Positions 8,073 to 16,101 of a DNA stretch of 27,766 bases are shown piece by piece. Below the pieces are notes generated by a model. It searched no databases and was not told the DNA's origin. It saw nothing but the letters and a program-made list of their open reading frames with translations. This stretch comes from a virus (taxonomy: Duplodnaviria; Heunggongvirae; Uroviricota; Caudoviricetes), in the IMG/VR virus record IMGVR_UViG_3300013383_000021, positions 1-27,766 of that record. One strand, given 5' to 3'. The translations under genes and the position numbers were made by a program. Position 1 is the first letter of the stretch. Each line of letters starts with the position of its first letter.

Positions 8073-8149
8073 TGGTGAGCTACCTCGGATTTGAACCGAG
8101 ACTTTACGCATTCTAAGTGCGGCCTCTCTGCCTATTGGAGTAGTAGCTC
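8073..8149 (-). tRNA. tRNA-Leu(TAG) with a short variable loop
   Basis: CGCA-CTTAGAA-TGCG; TTCAAAT T-loop; A73-CCA. Confidence 0.85.
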
Positions 8150-8154
8150 GTTTG

Positions 8155-8496
8155 AACTTGCTGCAACCCAGCCTGGTGGTTGACCCGTGGGCGTTGATAA
8201 CTGACCCGAACCATTGACCCAGGATTTTGTAAAACTTTAACCATTGAACGTTGACTCTTAAATTTTAATCTTCTGAAGATCTTTGAGCCGTGAATTTTGA
8301 AATTTGAGCTTTGAAGTTTGAGCTTTATAGCAGACTTTCTTCTATTAAGAACTTGGATTAACAGTCCAATCTTTTTACAAGCACAAAATTTCAAATTTTG
8401 CTTTGTAGTTGGCACATATTTGATCATTTTTTACATCGAACCAAGTGCCATCAGCACGATGGGTTACCGTTTTAGGTTTTCGGATTGCAGCAAGTT
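8155..8496 (-). ncRNA. Candidate ncRNA closed by a 15-bp terminal stem and containing 7-nt periodic repeats
   Basis: AACUUGCUGCAAUCC (8496-8482) pairs with GGGUUGCAGCAAGUU (8169-8155). TCAA/TTAA-like units recur every 7 nt at 8237-8265 and 8283-8325. Confidence 0.6.
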
Positions 8497-8503
8497 GATT
8501 ATT

Positions 8504-9157
8504 TTAATATTCTACAGTGATTTCAGTGGTTGCGTTGGCAATAGACAGCTGCGAATCCACATCCGTAGTAAAGGCGTCGATCCAATCGCTCAAAACCTTG
8601 ATTTCATCACCGATGCCAAGCGGATCGACCAGCTCATAGGTGTTATTTGCGATGTAATCCTCTCTCAGCTTCTTAACCACCTCAGAATCCTTAGATGTCT
8701 TAGCTTCTTTGGGCTGCGACTGAAGGAAATTCATGATGTACTGCTCGGCTTTCGCCTCAATCCACTCGCCTTCATGTTTTGCGACCTCGGCACGAGCTTT
8801 TTCGTACTGCCGAACCATTATATCCAGCAAATCCTTCTTAGCTGTGAGTCCATGGTTCTTCATCTCGATAGCTTCGGCCACAGTGTAGGTCTCACCACCA
8901 ATTACCACCTTGATTTCGGCATTGGAGAGCACAACCGCTCTCTTAATAGCAGTCCGACGAGCAATCAAATCCGTAACGGACTGATAATCAGACTTCATCT
9001 CCTTTTTGAGGGTTTCAACCAGTACACCACCGACCTTTTTGTCGCTCACTTTCTTGCTGGTGACGAAAACCTTACCAGAAGTGGCGTTGAAAATTCTAGC
9101 GTCCAAAACCTTCAGCTCCGCGAGAGCTTTGTGGATAGTCATAGTCTCTTTGTTCAT
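8504..9157 (-). CDS. Uncharacterised alpha-helical/coiled-coil protein embedded in the tRNA operon
   Basis: 217-aa ORF, SD GAGG, strongly helical pattern (IHKALAELKVLDARI). Confidence 0.85.
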   Translation of the reverse strand: MNKETMTIHKALAELKVLDARIFNATSGKVFVTSKKVSDKKVGGVLVETLKKEMKSDYQSVTDLIARRTAIKRAVVLSNAEIKVVIGGETYTVAEAIEMKNHGLTAKKDLLDIMVRQYEKARAEVAKHEGEWIEAKAEQYIMNFLQSQPKEAKTSKDSEVVKKLREDYIANNTYELVDPLGIGDEIKVLSDWIDAFTTDVDSQLSIANATTEITVEY

Positions 9158-9207
9158 GTCAATTCCTCACTTTCTTACTTATAGCTTATAGAATTAGATT
9201 TTTATCG

Positions 9208-9298
9208 TGGTCTCCCTGGGTGAATTCGAATCACCATATACCTTATGAGGGCCTTCCAATTATAAGTTGGAAGCTATAACCAATTTAGCTACAGGGAG
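9208..9298 (-). tRNA. Atypical tRNA: TAT anticodon (Ile) with an extra arm carrying CTCATAA
   Basis: Acceptor CTCCCTG/CAGGGAG-A-CCA; TCCAA-CTTATAA-TTGGA; about 19-nt extra region; GGTGA-TTCGAAT-TCACC. Confidence 0.7.
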
Positions 9299-9486
9299 AT
9301 ATTTGTTCGGCAAACACAACCGCTCTATCAATCAGTCGGCCTAACCAAAGGATAGAGCTGAGTTGTGTCGCCCAACCTGCCTGAGAGCTTTCTTGCCTAG
9401 CCTGTACTTAACCGGGTGTCTGCAATCAATGTTTAGGTTGCTGGTTTTGACCCTCGCCCCAGAACCAGTTAACTAGAGCGATTGAG

Positions 9487-9572
9487 AGCTGCTAGGCGGA
9501 ATTGCACCGCCTTGAAGTCATAAGTGAGGCACGGAAGGAGTGTGCCACACCTCTTCACCCGCTTTGAGCAGC
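9487..9572 (-). ncRNA. tRNA-like element A (acceptor + T-arm, no D-arm)
   Basis: GCTGCT/AGCAGC acceptor-like stem; GGCGG-TGCAATT-CCGCC; no encoded CCA. Confidence 0.45.
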
Positions 9573-9574
9573 GT

Positions 9575-9637
9575 GTACGGCAACCAGAATTGCACTGGAA
9601 TAACTGCGGTCAGACAGCCAACCTCTTTTACGCCATA
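9575..9637 (-). ncRNA. tRNA-like element B (D-armless, about 63 nt)
   Basis: TATGGCG/TGCCGTA stem; CCAG-TGCAATT-CTGG; central GGCTG/CAGTT hairpin. Confidence 0.45.
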
Positions 9638-9702
9638 AGGTTATATACATGGAGCAATATATGGTTTATTTCGCACTATACATCGCGCAGTTTAATTGCG
9701 CG

Positions 9703-9778
9703 TGGCACCAGCACTAAGACTCGAACTTAGAACTACGATTTTGGAGACCGTTGTTTTTCCATTTAACACTATACTGGT
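9703..9778 (-). tRNA. tRNA-Trp(CCA)
   Basis: ACGGT-CTCCAAA-ATCGT; G73-CCA. Confidence 0.9.
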
Positions 9779-9893
9779 AAGTAAAAGCACCGTCAGCACC
9801 CGGTGCTTTGGGGAATAATTTTTAAGAAAGGAAGTGAACAATGAACAATACCATGCCTGGTTTAACCTATCAAAGTGCTGTTTGATGGTCTTG

Positions 9894-9985
9894 TGGCGAG
9901 GAGCTGAGGTGTCGATCCCCATACGGTTACCAGCCGTACCAGCTGTTTTCAAGACAGCGCTGCGAGCCGTCGCAGGTAACTCCCC
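9894..9985 (-). tRNA. tRNA-Ser(TGA)
   Basis: GCTGT-CTTGAAA-ACAGC; long variable arm; G73-CCA. Confidence 0.92.
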
Positions 9986-10028
9986 GTGCATTTTAATCTT
10001 ATGTTTTTTAACCGCTCACCGTGGTTAT

Positions 10029-10057
10029 ATTATACAAGATTATTTTTCAAACGTCAA
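10029..10057 (-). promoter_or_regulatory. sigmaA-type promoter of the tRNA operon
   Basis: TTGACG-17 nt-TATAAT. Confidence 0.85.
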
Positions 10058-10065
10058 CCCCTTTT

Positions 10066-10092
10066 CGCGAAACTCGTTAGACGAGTTTCGCG
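10066..10092. promoter_or_regulatory. Palindromic operator-like site upstream of the -35
   Basis: CGCGAAACTCGT-TAG-ACGAGTTTCGCG; second copy at 23125-23145. Confidence 0.7.
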
Positions 10093-10169
10093 GTTCAGGA
10101 GTTACCCTGGGCAGCTTGCGACTACCCAGGGCAAGAAACAACCGCAGCGGAAAAGGCAGGGCTGCGGTG

Positions 10170-10331
10170 TCACTCTTCGTCTTCGATATGTACTCTGTAA
10201 CCGCTCTTCCACCAGGCAGCTACACCAGCAAGGCCAGAAACACAGGCCATCGTAGACCAGCCCATCAGCTGGAAGGTAATTGCGGAGACCAGAAACACGG
10301 TCGCCGCGAGCGCTGCAAATTCACGTTTCAT
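10170..10331 (-). CDS. Small hydrophobic/membrane protein (53 aa, not in the ORF track)
   Basis: SD AGGAGGTG, then MKREFAALAATVFLVSAITFQLMGWSTMACVSGLAGVAAWWKSGYRVHIEDEE*. Confidence 0.7.
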   Translation of the reverse strand: MKREFAALAATVFLVSAITFQLMGWSTMACVSGLAGVAAWWKSGYRVHIEDEE

Positions 10332-10597
10332 TTCAGGAGCACCTCCTTCAGGTAATTGCGGATCTTGACGCGGGTTTCTCCGAGCCGACCAATAAGACGA
10401 ACTTCTTCCTCCAAAAGCTGCTTGGTTTTCTTGTAATCATCAAGGGAGGCTTGCAGGTCGCAGACAGTTCCACCTGCCTTGCGTTCTTCGGCTCGCTTCT
10501 CGTAATAAGCCGCGTCATATCCAGCCTTGTTGATCTCGTCTACAAACTCTTTTTCTTCTTTCAACAAATCCAACAACGCAATCTGCAGTTCCATCAT
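10328..10597 (-). CDS. Hypothetical coiled-coil protein
   Basis: 89 aa; its start overlaps the ardA stop codon. Confidence 0.75.
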   Translation of the reverse strand: MMELQIALLDLLKEEKEFVDEINKAGYDAAYYEKRAEERKAGGTVCDLQASLDDYKKTKQLLEEEVRLIGRLGETRVKIRNYLKEVLLK

Positions 10598-11262
10598 TCA
10601 TCTTCCTCCTCTTCAAAATCCATCACCCGGTATTCATCGAGGATGTCTTCGGGGCCATCGTAATATTCCGTAAAGCTCGAACCATCATGCAAGACATATC
10701 CAGCAGAGGTGAAGCAACCGCCCTCTTCGTACCTGGCGTCTCGGCCATAGCTCTCATAGTCGATGTATCTAGCAAGCGTGCCGAGCTTATCCGTATCGTA
10801 GCAGCCACTTTCTTCGATGTAATAATAACCAAGGTCGTAGTCGTTATCTACACCCGAGAAAACCATATAGCTATCCAGGTTATCCATGAGGTTGATGAGG
10901 TCTTTTACAGAGTTGCCGCAATCTCCAACCTCAACAACCGCCTCAAACAACTCAAGGTCGCCATCGCTCAGTTCGTCCAATCTTGCCGCCAGGTAATTCA
11001 GCTCGTTCAGATTTTCGTATTCGCCCAGCTTGCTGTAAAGACCGTCAACATAGCAGTCATAGTCCGTGATGAACCATTCCTCATAGAGCTGACCGAAGTC
11101 ATCCTTCTGGCCGATCCCGATACGCTTGAACACTTCTTTCAGTTCCTCAGCGGTGGTGGGAAACTTCATCCATTCACCGACCAGCATTCCCTCGTTATAC
11201 TTGCCAAGATTGGTGATAAAGGCGGCAAAGGGATAATCACCACCGTATTTGTACTTTGCCAT
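10594..11262 (-). CDS. ardA: Antirestriction protein ArdA (DNA mimic)
   Basis: AFITNLGKYNEGMLVGEWMKFP, YEEWFITDYD, LGEYENLNELNYLA and YIDYESYGRD motifs; very acidic. Confidence 0.92.
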   Translation of the reverse strand: MAKYKYGGDYPFAAFITNLGKYNEGMLVGEWMKFPTTAEELKEVFKRIGIGQKDDFGQLYEEWFITDYDCYVDGLYSKLGEYENLNELNYLAARLDELSDGDLELFEAVVEVGDCGNSVKDLINLMDNLDSYMVFSGVDNDYDLGYYYIEESGCYDTDKLGTLARYIDYESYGRDARYEEGGCFTSAGYVLHDGSSFTEYYDGPEDILDEYRVMDFEEEEDE

Positions 11263-11274
11263 AACGAAACCTCC

Positions 11275-11685
11275 TTACTTAACGTCAACCAACTGGCCGC
11301 CGATGTAATCGAACCGGGCCAGGACTTCATATTTGTGTTTGTTGTCAAGCACCATATAGGAACTAACGACCATACCAGTAGGGATGTCGCCTCGATATGC
11401 AATGTAATCATGACCGCAGTCACAATCTTCCACATACCCTTCGCCATTTCCACCGGCAATCCAATCCTCTTTTACGATATAGATTGCGTTGGGGTCCAGA
11501 GCGTCATTGACGTACTGCTGGTGGGTGATCAGCTTAACCTTGTTATCATTAAATCCGGGCTGTTCCTGTTCAATTACCATGGTAGTATCATCACCAGCAC
11601 ACTTCACCGTTACGACGATTCCCCACACTGCCATAGCTGCAATGACGATTGCCAGAATAGCGATACACTTTTTCTTGACGTTCAT
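11275..11685 (-). CDS. Hypothetical protein with an N-terminal membrane anchor
   Basis: KKK followed by a hydrophobic stretch; SD AGGAGG. Confidence 0.8.
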   Translation of the reverse strand: MNVKKKCIAILAIVIAAMAVWGIVVTVKCAGDDTTMVIEQEQPGFNDNKVKLITHQQYVNDALDPNAIYIVKEDWIAGGNGEGYVEDCDCGHDYIAYRGDIPTGMVVSSYMVLDNKHKYEVLARFDYIGGQLVDVK

Positions 11686-11714
11686 TTTAAGTTCCTCCTA
11701 CCTGTTTTCTTTTT

Positions 11715-12002
11715 TTAGATTACAATTTCCAGATCGACGTACTTGGTATGCTTCCCAGGGCTAGGTACAACCAGCGCCGGACCATCATGGTTATGGTTAC
11801 ACAGCAGCCTGCTGAACGGATACAGACAACCACTTCCATCAAAATCCACCAGGATTTCACCGGCATGATTCTCACCGGCATAGATTTCATTCGGAAGAAC
11901 CACGGTCAATTCCTCATAGATTGCAGTAGTAGGACACATACTGTACACCGTTTCCTTTTCGTGTGCCAGCGTTCCATAGTTGGCAAAGATTGTTACCTTC
12001 AT
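11715..12002 (-). CDS. Hypothetical protein
   Basis: 95 aa, SD AGGAGG. Confidence 0.75.
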   Translation of the reverse strand: MKVTIFANYGTLAHEKETVYSMCPTTAIYEELTVVLPNEIYAGENHAGEILVDFDGSGCLYPFSRLLCNHNHDGPALVVPSPGKHTKYVDLEIVI

Positions 12003-12014
12003 ATGTATACCTCC

Positions 12015-12392
12015 TTACAGGACTCTGCATTCAATAACAGGCACACCACCTTCTTCGAGCTTCTTGTAAGCCTCAGCCTGTTCCGCCCATACCTTTTTGT
12101 CGTGCTCGAAGCCATCATGTTCCATGATGTGCTTCTTGAACTGATCCGATTTCGTGTTTCGGATGGCGTACATAGTCCCATCCTTAACAAAGAAGCCACT
12201 TTTCCGGAGCACCTTGTCCACGCCGAGCTTCTTTAGTACGCGCCAATAGTCAAGGTATTGATTGAACTGAACGTCTTCCAGTTTGACAACGTTCCTCACA
12301 ATTCCGCGAGTCCTATTGTCGTTGTCTTTGATAGTGATACTGGTTTTACCAATCTTGACGTTTTTGCCAACCAAATCCATCATGCTTGCCAT
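12015..12392 (-). CDS. Hypothetical protein
   Basis: 125 aa, SD GAGGAG. Confidence 0.75.
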   Translation of the reverse strand: MASMMDLVGKNVKIGKTSITIKDNDNRTRGIVRNVVKLEDVQFNQYLDYWRVLKKLGVDKVLRKSGFFVKDGTMYAIRNTKSDQFKKHIMEHDGFEHDKKVWAEQAEAYKKLEEGGVPVIECRVL

Positions 12393-12516
12393 GGCTGTTC
12401 TCCTCTCTTAACAATTTATCCATAAAATGCAGCAATTTGTTTACATTGAAGACATAACCAATTCATTTTGCACTCGTAGCATGAAATTGCTATCTGTCAA
12501 AGAAGGAGGTGAAACT

Positions 12517-12723
12517 ATGCAAATGATTTCTGTCAACTCTAGTCATATTGACAGCATCGGTTATGAAAACGGGACCCTGTACGTTCGGTTTAGTTCCGGT
12601 CCTACATATGTATACTCCAACGTACCTGAAGCAGTTTACGCCGGGCTTATGTCCGCTTCTTCTCACGGATCTTACCTCGCACGAAACGTTAAAGGCGTCT
12701 ACGCATACCACAGAGTCGGTTAA
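12517..12723 (+). CDS. KTSC-domain protein
   Basis: SSHIDSIGYENGTLYVRFSSG..YVYSNVP..VY.GLM.A.S.GSY pattern; SD AGGAGGTG before ATG 12517. Confidence 0.9.
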   Translation: MQMISVNSSHIDSIGYENGTLYVRFSSGPTYVYSNVPEAVYAGLMSASSHGSYLARNVKGVYAYHRVG

Positions 12724-12872
12724 TCAACAACTACTAGCACGGTGGCTGGGCCGTTGACGGACACATCCAAGTCCTGATACGGTTCGGCCATTTTTACCTC
12801 GACACCCTCCCTGGAACTCAGCTCTTCCACGAGTTCCTTTGTAGAGAAGCGACTTAAATCTTTGTAGTTCAT
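12720..12872 (-). CDS. Small phage protein, BC1881-like family
   Basis: STKELVEELSSREGV...EPY...GPATVLVVVD; SD AAGGAG. Confidence 0.7.
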   Translation of the reverse strand: MNYKDLSRFSTKELVEELSSREGVEVKMAEPYQDLDVSVNGPATVLVVVD

Positions 12873-12935
12873 TTGTTCTCCTTTCTGCCCATAAGAAAAG
12901 ACCGTGCTGATTAGCACGGTCTTGCAAATGGTTTA

Positions 12936-14063
12936 TTAACTTAAAAGCTCTCTAATTCTATGTCTGACTACCTGCTCAACCAATTTAAGCCGCTTCGCAG
13001 ATAGATTGTAAGTGGGCTGTCTCTGGAAACTAAATTCCAGCATACTCCGGAGCTTCTTTTTGTGGTCCGCTGTCATAAACTCTTTTGCCTTCTCGATGAA
13101 ATCATCATAAGCTCTTGGATAGAGTGTGTTAGCATACCGAACCAGAGAATTTGCGTTTTTGAAATCGTCCGACCCAGCCAAGTTGAACAGCGAGTTACCA
13201 TGGTCAAACAACGGAGCTGGTTTGGCAATCTTATTTGTTTGGTTGTCCACTAGGAATCCAAAATTCCCATAGTGGCGATCTGTATTACAGATGATTGCGT
13301 CCAAAAGGTACATATCCGCAAGAGCAGAGGTGAACCCAAGGTCAGCGTAGAACTTTTCCAGCACACTAATACCTTCTTCGTGAACCAACTGTCCTACTGG
13401 TACATACGAATATTCTTTTGACGTGAACAGCTCACACGCCGAACAAAGAACGCCCTTCCATCTTGATAAACTATATGGGACTGCTTCAATTTCCAGCGCT
13501 GACGCTATTTGATAAGCGTAAAGCTCCGAGTATGGTTCATACCCGGTGTTAGAAGCACCAGAGGTTCCACCCTTGTACAAGTAAACCTTACCACGAATCC
13601 GCCGCCAGCATTTTGGCAGCATACCATTTGTAGTGAACTCTGGGCTTGATACCAAATCGGTGTTTGGAACATTACCAACACCGGTAAAAGCAACCGCCGC
13701 AAGAGCCTGATTGAAATTGTTGTCGTACAAGTTTACCTGCTCAAACGTTGTCGGGTCATCAACCCGTTCAACCCAATAGCAGTCATTCAGCGACAAACCT
13801 TTTGACAGTGTGATGATTCCTAACTGTCTGTTCAGACTTAGGTTGCATTTGGACAGCAGGGCGTTCACATACGCTCTGTTCTTTGGGATTGCTCTGCTCT
13901 TGATCCATCTGGAAAGGCCATCCACCGTGGGAGTAAACCCTATAGGCAGAAGGCTTTCCTTGTTTTCATTTACCCATAAAATTTCATACTCAGGGTTTGC
14001 GCTATCTGGATTTGCGGAGAACCGAAGAAGCGGTTCATTAAAATGTTTCAGGTAATATTCCAT
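12936..14063 (-). CDS. HipA/CtkA-like Ser/Thr kinase
   Basis: NGMLPKCW, LYKG, SELYAYQIA, NTDRHYGNFG and APLFDHGNSL motifs. Confidence 0.85.
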   Translation of the reverse strand: MEYYLKHFNEPLLRFSANPDSANPEYEILWVNENKESLLPIGFTPTVDGLSRWIKSRAIPKNRAYVNALLSKCNLSLNRQLGIITLSKGLSLNDCYWVERVDDPTTFEQVNLYDNNFNQALAAVAFTGVGNVPNTDLVSSPEFTTNGMLPKCWRRIRGKVYLYKGGTSGASNTGYEPYSELYAYQIASALEIEAVPYSLSRWKGVLCSACELFTSKEYSYVPVGQLVHEEGISVLEKFYADLGFTSALADMYLLDAIICNTDRHYGNFGFLVDNQTNKIAKPAPLFDHGNSLFNLAGSDDFKNANSLVRYANTLYPRAYDDFIEKAKEFMTADHKKKLRSMLEFSFQRQPTYNLSAKRLKLVEQVVRHRIRELLS

Positions 14064-14095
14064 TGGCAATTCACCCCTTTCCGTGTTGGTGCTAC

Positions 14096-14125
14096 ATTAT
14101 ACCATTAGAGAATTATGAGTGTCAA
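14096..14125 (-). promoter_or_regulatory. sigmaA promoter of the kinase gene
   Basis: TTGACA-18 nt-TATAAT with extended TG. Confidence 0.75.
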
Positions 14126-14140
14126 ACCCGTATCTCTGCT

Positions 14141-14539
14141 TTATGTATATGTTTTTACCTTCCTATACCCATCTGGAACCATATCGCCCACGACGATATT
14201 CCATCTGATACTATAGGCTTCTGTTCTGCAATATGCTTGCGTGTCTTCCATCCATACCTCCAAAACCATCGTACCATTTTCTTCCGCTACACGTTCGTGG
14301 CTTTCCAGCATGTGCAAGTAGCAACCTTCTAGGTTGTCGTATACTTCTACGATTCCGCGTTCCACTTTGTCGCCTATCTTAGTGTAAGCAAGGATATAAA
14401 CGTATGGGATTTCCTTTTCGACTATATCCCAACTCTCGCCCTGTAGTTCAGTAACTTCCATAGCGTACTCACGAGAGGTATAACCTTTGTCGTAGGTCGT
14501 GCCTTCGTTGGTCTTTGTGCGGATCGTGTACAGCTTCAT
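14141..14539 (-). CDS. Hypothetical protein
   Basis: 132 aa, SD AGGAGG. Confidence 0.8.
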   Translation of the reverse strand: MKLYTIRTKTNEGTTYDKGYTSREYAMEVTELQGESWDIVEKEIPYVYILAYTKIGDKVERGIVEVYDNLEGCYLHMLESHERVAEENGTMVLEVWMEDTQAYCRTEAYSIRWNIVVGDMVPDGYRKVKTYT

Positions 14540-14570
14540 ACATAGCCTCCTGTCGTGTAAGTGCTACCAT

Positions 14571-14599
14571 ATTATAGCACCTACACCACCAGAGGTCAA
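14571..14599 (-). promoter_or_regulatory. sigmaA promoter
   Basis: TTGACC-17 nt-TATAAT. Confidence 0.7.
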
Positions 14600-14602
14600 A
14601 CG

Positions 14603-15058
14603 TCAGTAGCATTCTCTGTCACGCTCTCTCTGCTCTTTGTATTCCAGGAGATACTGGGCGGCTTCGCGACACACGTCGCTATCGAATTTTTGGAGAAGCT
14701 TTGCTACTTCTGCAATCCGCGCGTCCTTCTTCGCTTCCTTAGCGAGCCACCTGTCGTACACATCGCTATCAGTCATCATGCCCATGGTGCGATAGAGGTC
14801 ACTCACAGACCTTATACCAGACAGCCATTTCTGACCGTCCTGGGACTGCAACGCCGTCGCCACCTGGACAAGCCCTTGGTTACGGAGCGCACCTGGGTTA
14901 GAACAGCCGACCCATTTCAGCGGACAGCCGTCGCAGTCCTCGCGGTCGGTACAGTAGGTACGTACCGCTTTGATGGCTTTATGCCAACTATCGCAGGTGC
15001 AATAGCAGCAACCATCTACGCGATAGTTTTTGCAGTTTTTGCATACGTTCACTTCCAT
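14603..15058 (-). CDS. Cys-rich hypothetical protein, possibly metal-binding
   Basis: CKNC, CCYCTC and C..C.GC clusters; SD GGAGG. Confidence 0.75.
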   Translation of the reverse strand: MEVNVCKNCKNYRVDGCCYCTCDSWHKAIKAVRTYCTDREDCDGCPLKWVGCSNPGALRNQGLVQVATALQSQDGQKWLSGIRSVSDLYRTMGMMTDSDVYDRWLAKEAKKDARIAEVAKLLQKFDSDVCREAAQYLLEYKEQRERDRECY

Positions 15059-15171
15059 TTTTGTTCCTCCTCTTTCTAATAAAAACGCCCGCTAAATAAT
15101 AGCGGGCGTTGGAGACTTGCTAAACCACCGTCGTGGTAAAAAGAAAGCCGTACTTAGTACGGCGGTATGTG

Positions 15172-15483
15172 TTAGTCAAACCATTTCAGTTCGTGCGGTT
15201 CCAGGGTTACGTCAAAGCAGATACAATCCCAAAACCAATTTGCACTATCCCCATTTTCAGCACGGTCAATAACAAGCGCGAACTCGCTTTCCCAGCTGAC
15301 GTCCTTAACAAGAGTCAATCGCTCGATGTCAAAACACGGCGGAAGCTCATAATAGATATTCTCTTCTCCATAGATGACATCCACCTCCACTTCATCGACC
15401 GAAATCTTGACGGGAGCAACACCGACCCGCGCAAAACCATGAGCGCTATTTACTACTTCTGTTTTTATGTACAATTTTATCAC
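15172..15483 (-). CDS. Hypothetical acidic protein
   Basis: 103-aa ORF in the leftward block. Confidence 0.65.
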   Translation of the reverse strand: MIKLYIKTEVVNSAHGFARVGVAPVKISVDEVEVDVIYGEENIYYELPPCFDIERLTLVKDVSWESEFALVIDRAENGDSANWFWDCICFDVTLEPHELKWFD

Positions 15484-15628
15484 CCTATCCCTTTCTCTTA
15501 TTGTATAATATACCGTTAGAGGAAAAAATTCCAGAGGTAAAATATTCCTCTGTTGATAGAGTGGATTGCCTAGCGCTCACCGTGCCCCTCTACAAAATAG
15601 AGGGGTGCCGTCAACGTTAGGTATACCA

Positions 15629-16051
15629 TCAAATTCCTAGAGCGTGAACCTTCGCCTTGACGCTCTTGATAGAGCTGGCGTGGCAAGTAAAGACCACTTT
15701 CACTACCCCTTTACCACGCATGGCGGTGTAAGGAATCATGATTGTCCGGAGATAGCGCATGAACTCCATGGCAGGCTTGCCCTTCAAAACCACGTAACAC
15801 TTCTTCATGTCGGGAACTCGCCGGGTCGCTGCTTCCAGCTTATTGATGTGGTTGATACCTTCCATAGCGTCCAAAATACCATTCCGTCCCATAAGTTCTA
15901 CGTGGGCGCGAACCAAGTTTCTGAACCGCTCCGGGTAACTATACCAGGAGAGGCCGGTCATCTTGCATTTTACCACCATAGCGATAGCTTTGTTCCCTTC
16001 TTCTTTCCAAAGAAGGTCAAAGGTCTTTTCTCTTTTTTCTCCGTATTTCAT
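15629..16051 (-). CDS. Hypothetical basic protein
   Basis: 140 aa; SD GGGGG. Confidence 0.7.
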   Translation of the reverse strand: MKYGEKREKTFDLLWKEEGNKAIAMVVKCKMTGLSWYSYPERFRNLVRAHVELMGRNGILDAMEGINHINKLEAATRRVPDMKKCYVVLKGKPAMEFMRYLRTIMIPYTAMRGKGVVKVVFTCHASSIKSVKAKVHALGI

Positions 16052-16101
16052 AGTTACCCCCTAAAGTAAAACCATCCTAGCAAAACCAGGATGGTTATTG
16101 A

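Noticed and set aside
8073-8149. Amber suppressor tRNA or recoded genome
   Set aside because: The anticodon is TAG (reads CUA, Leu), not CTA. Long genes read cleanly in the standard code.
8113-8427. 104-aa ORF over the heptamer repeats
   Set aside because: It is low-complexity, overlaps tRNA-Leu, has no SD, and the 7-nt period is not codon-based.
9487-9572. tRNA-Sec (contains ACTTCAA)
   Set aside because: The TCA is not presented in an anticodon stem-loop, and the D-arm and long acceptor features of tRNA-Sec are missing.
7286-9985. tRNA-associated theta (HDV-like) ribozymes
   Set aside because: No nested double-pseudoknot pattern could be built by eye downstream of any tRNA. An automated motif search would be needed to exclude them.
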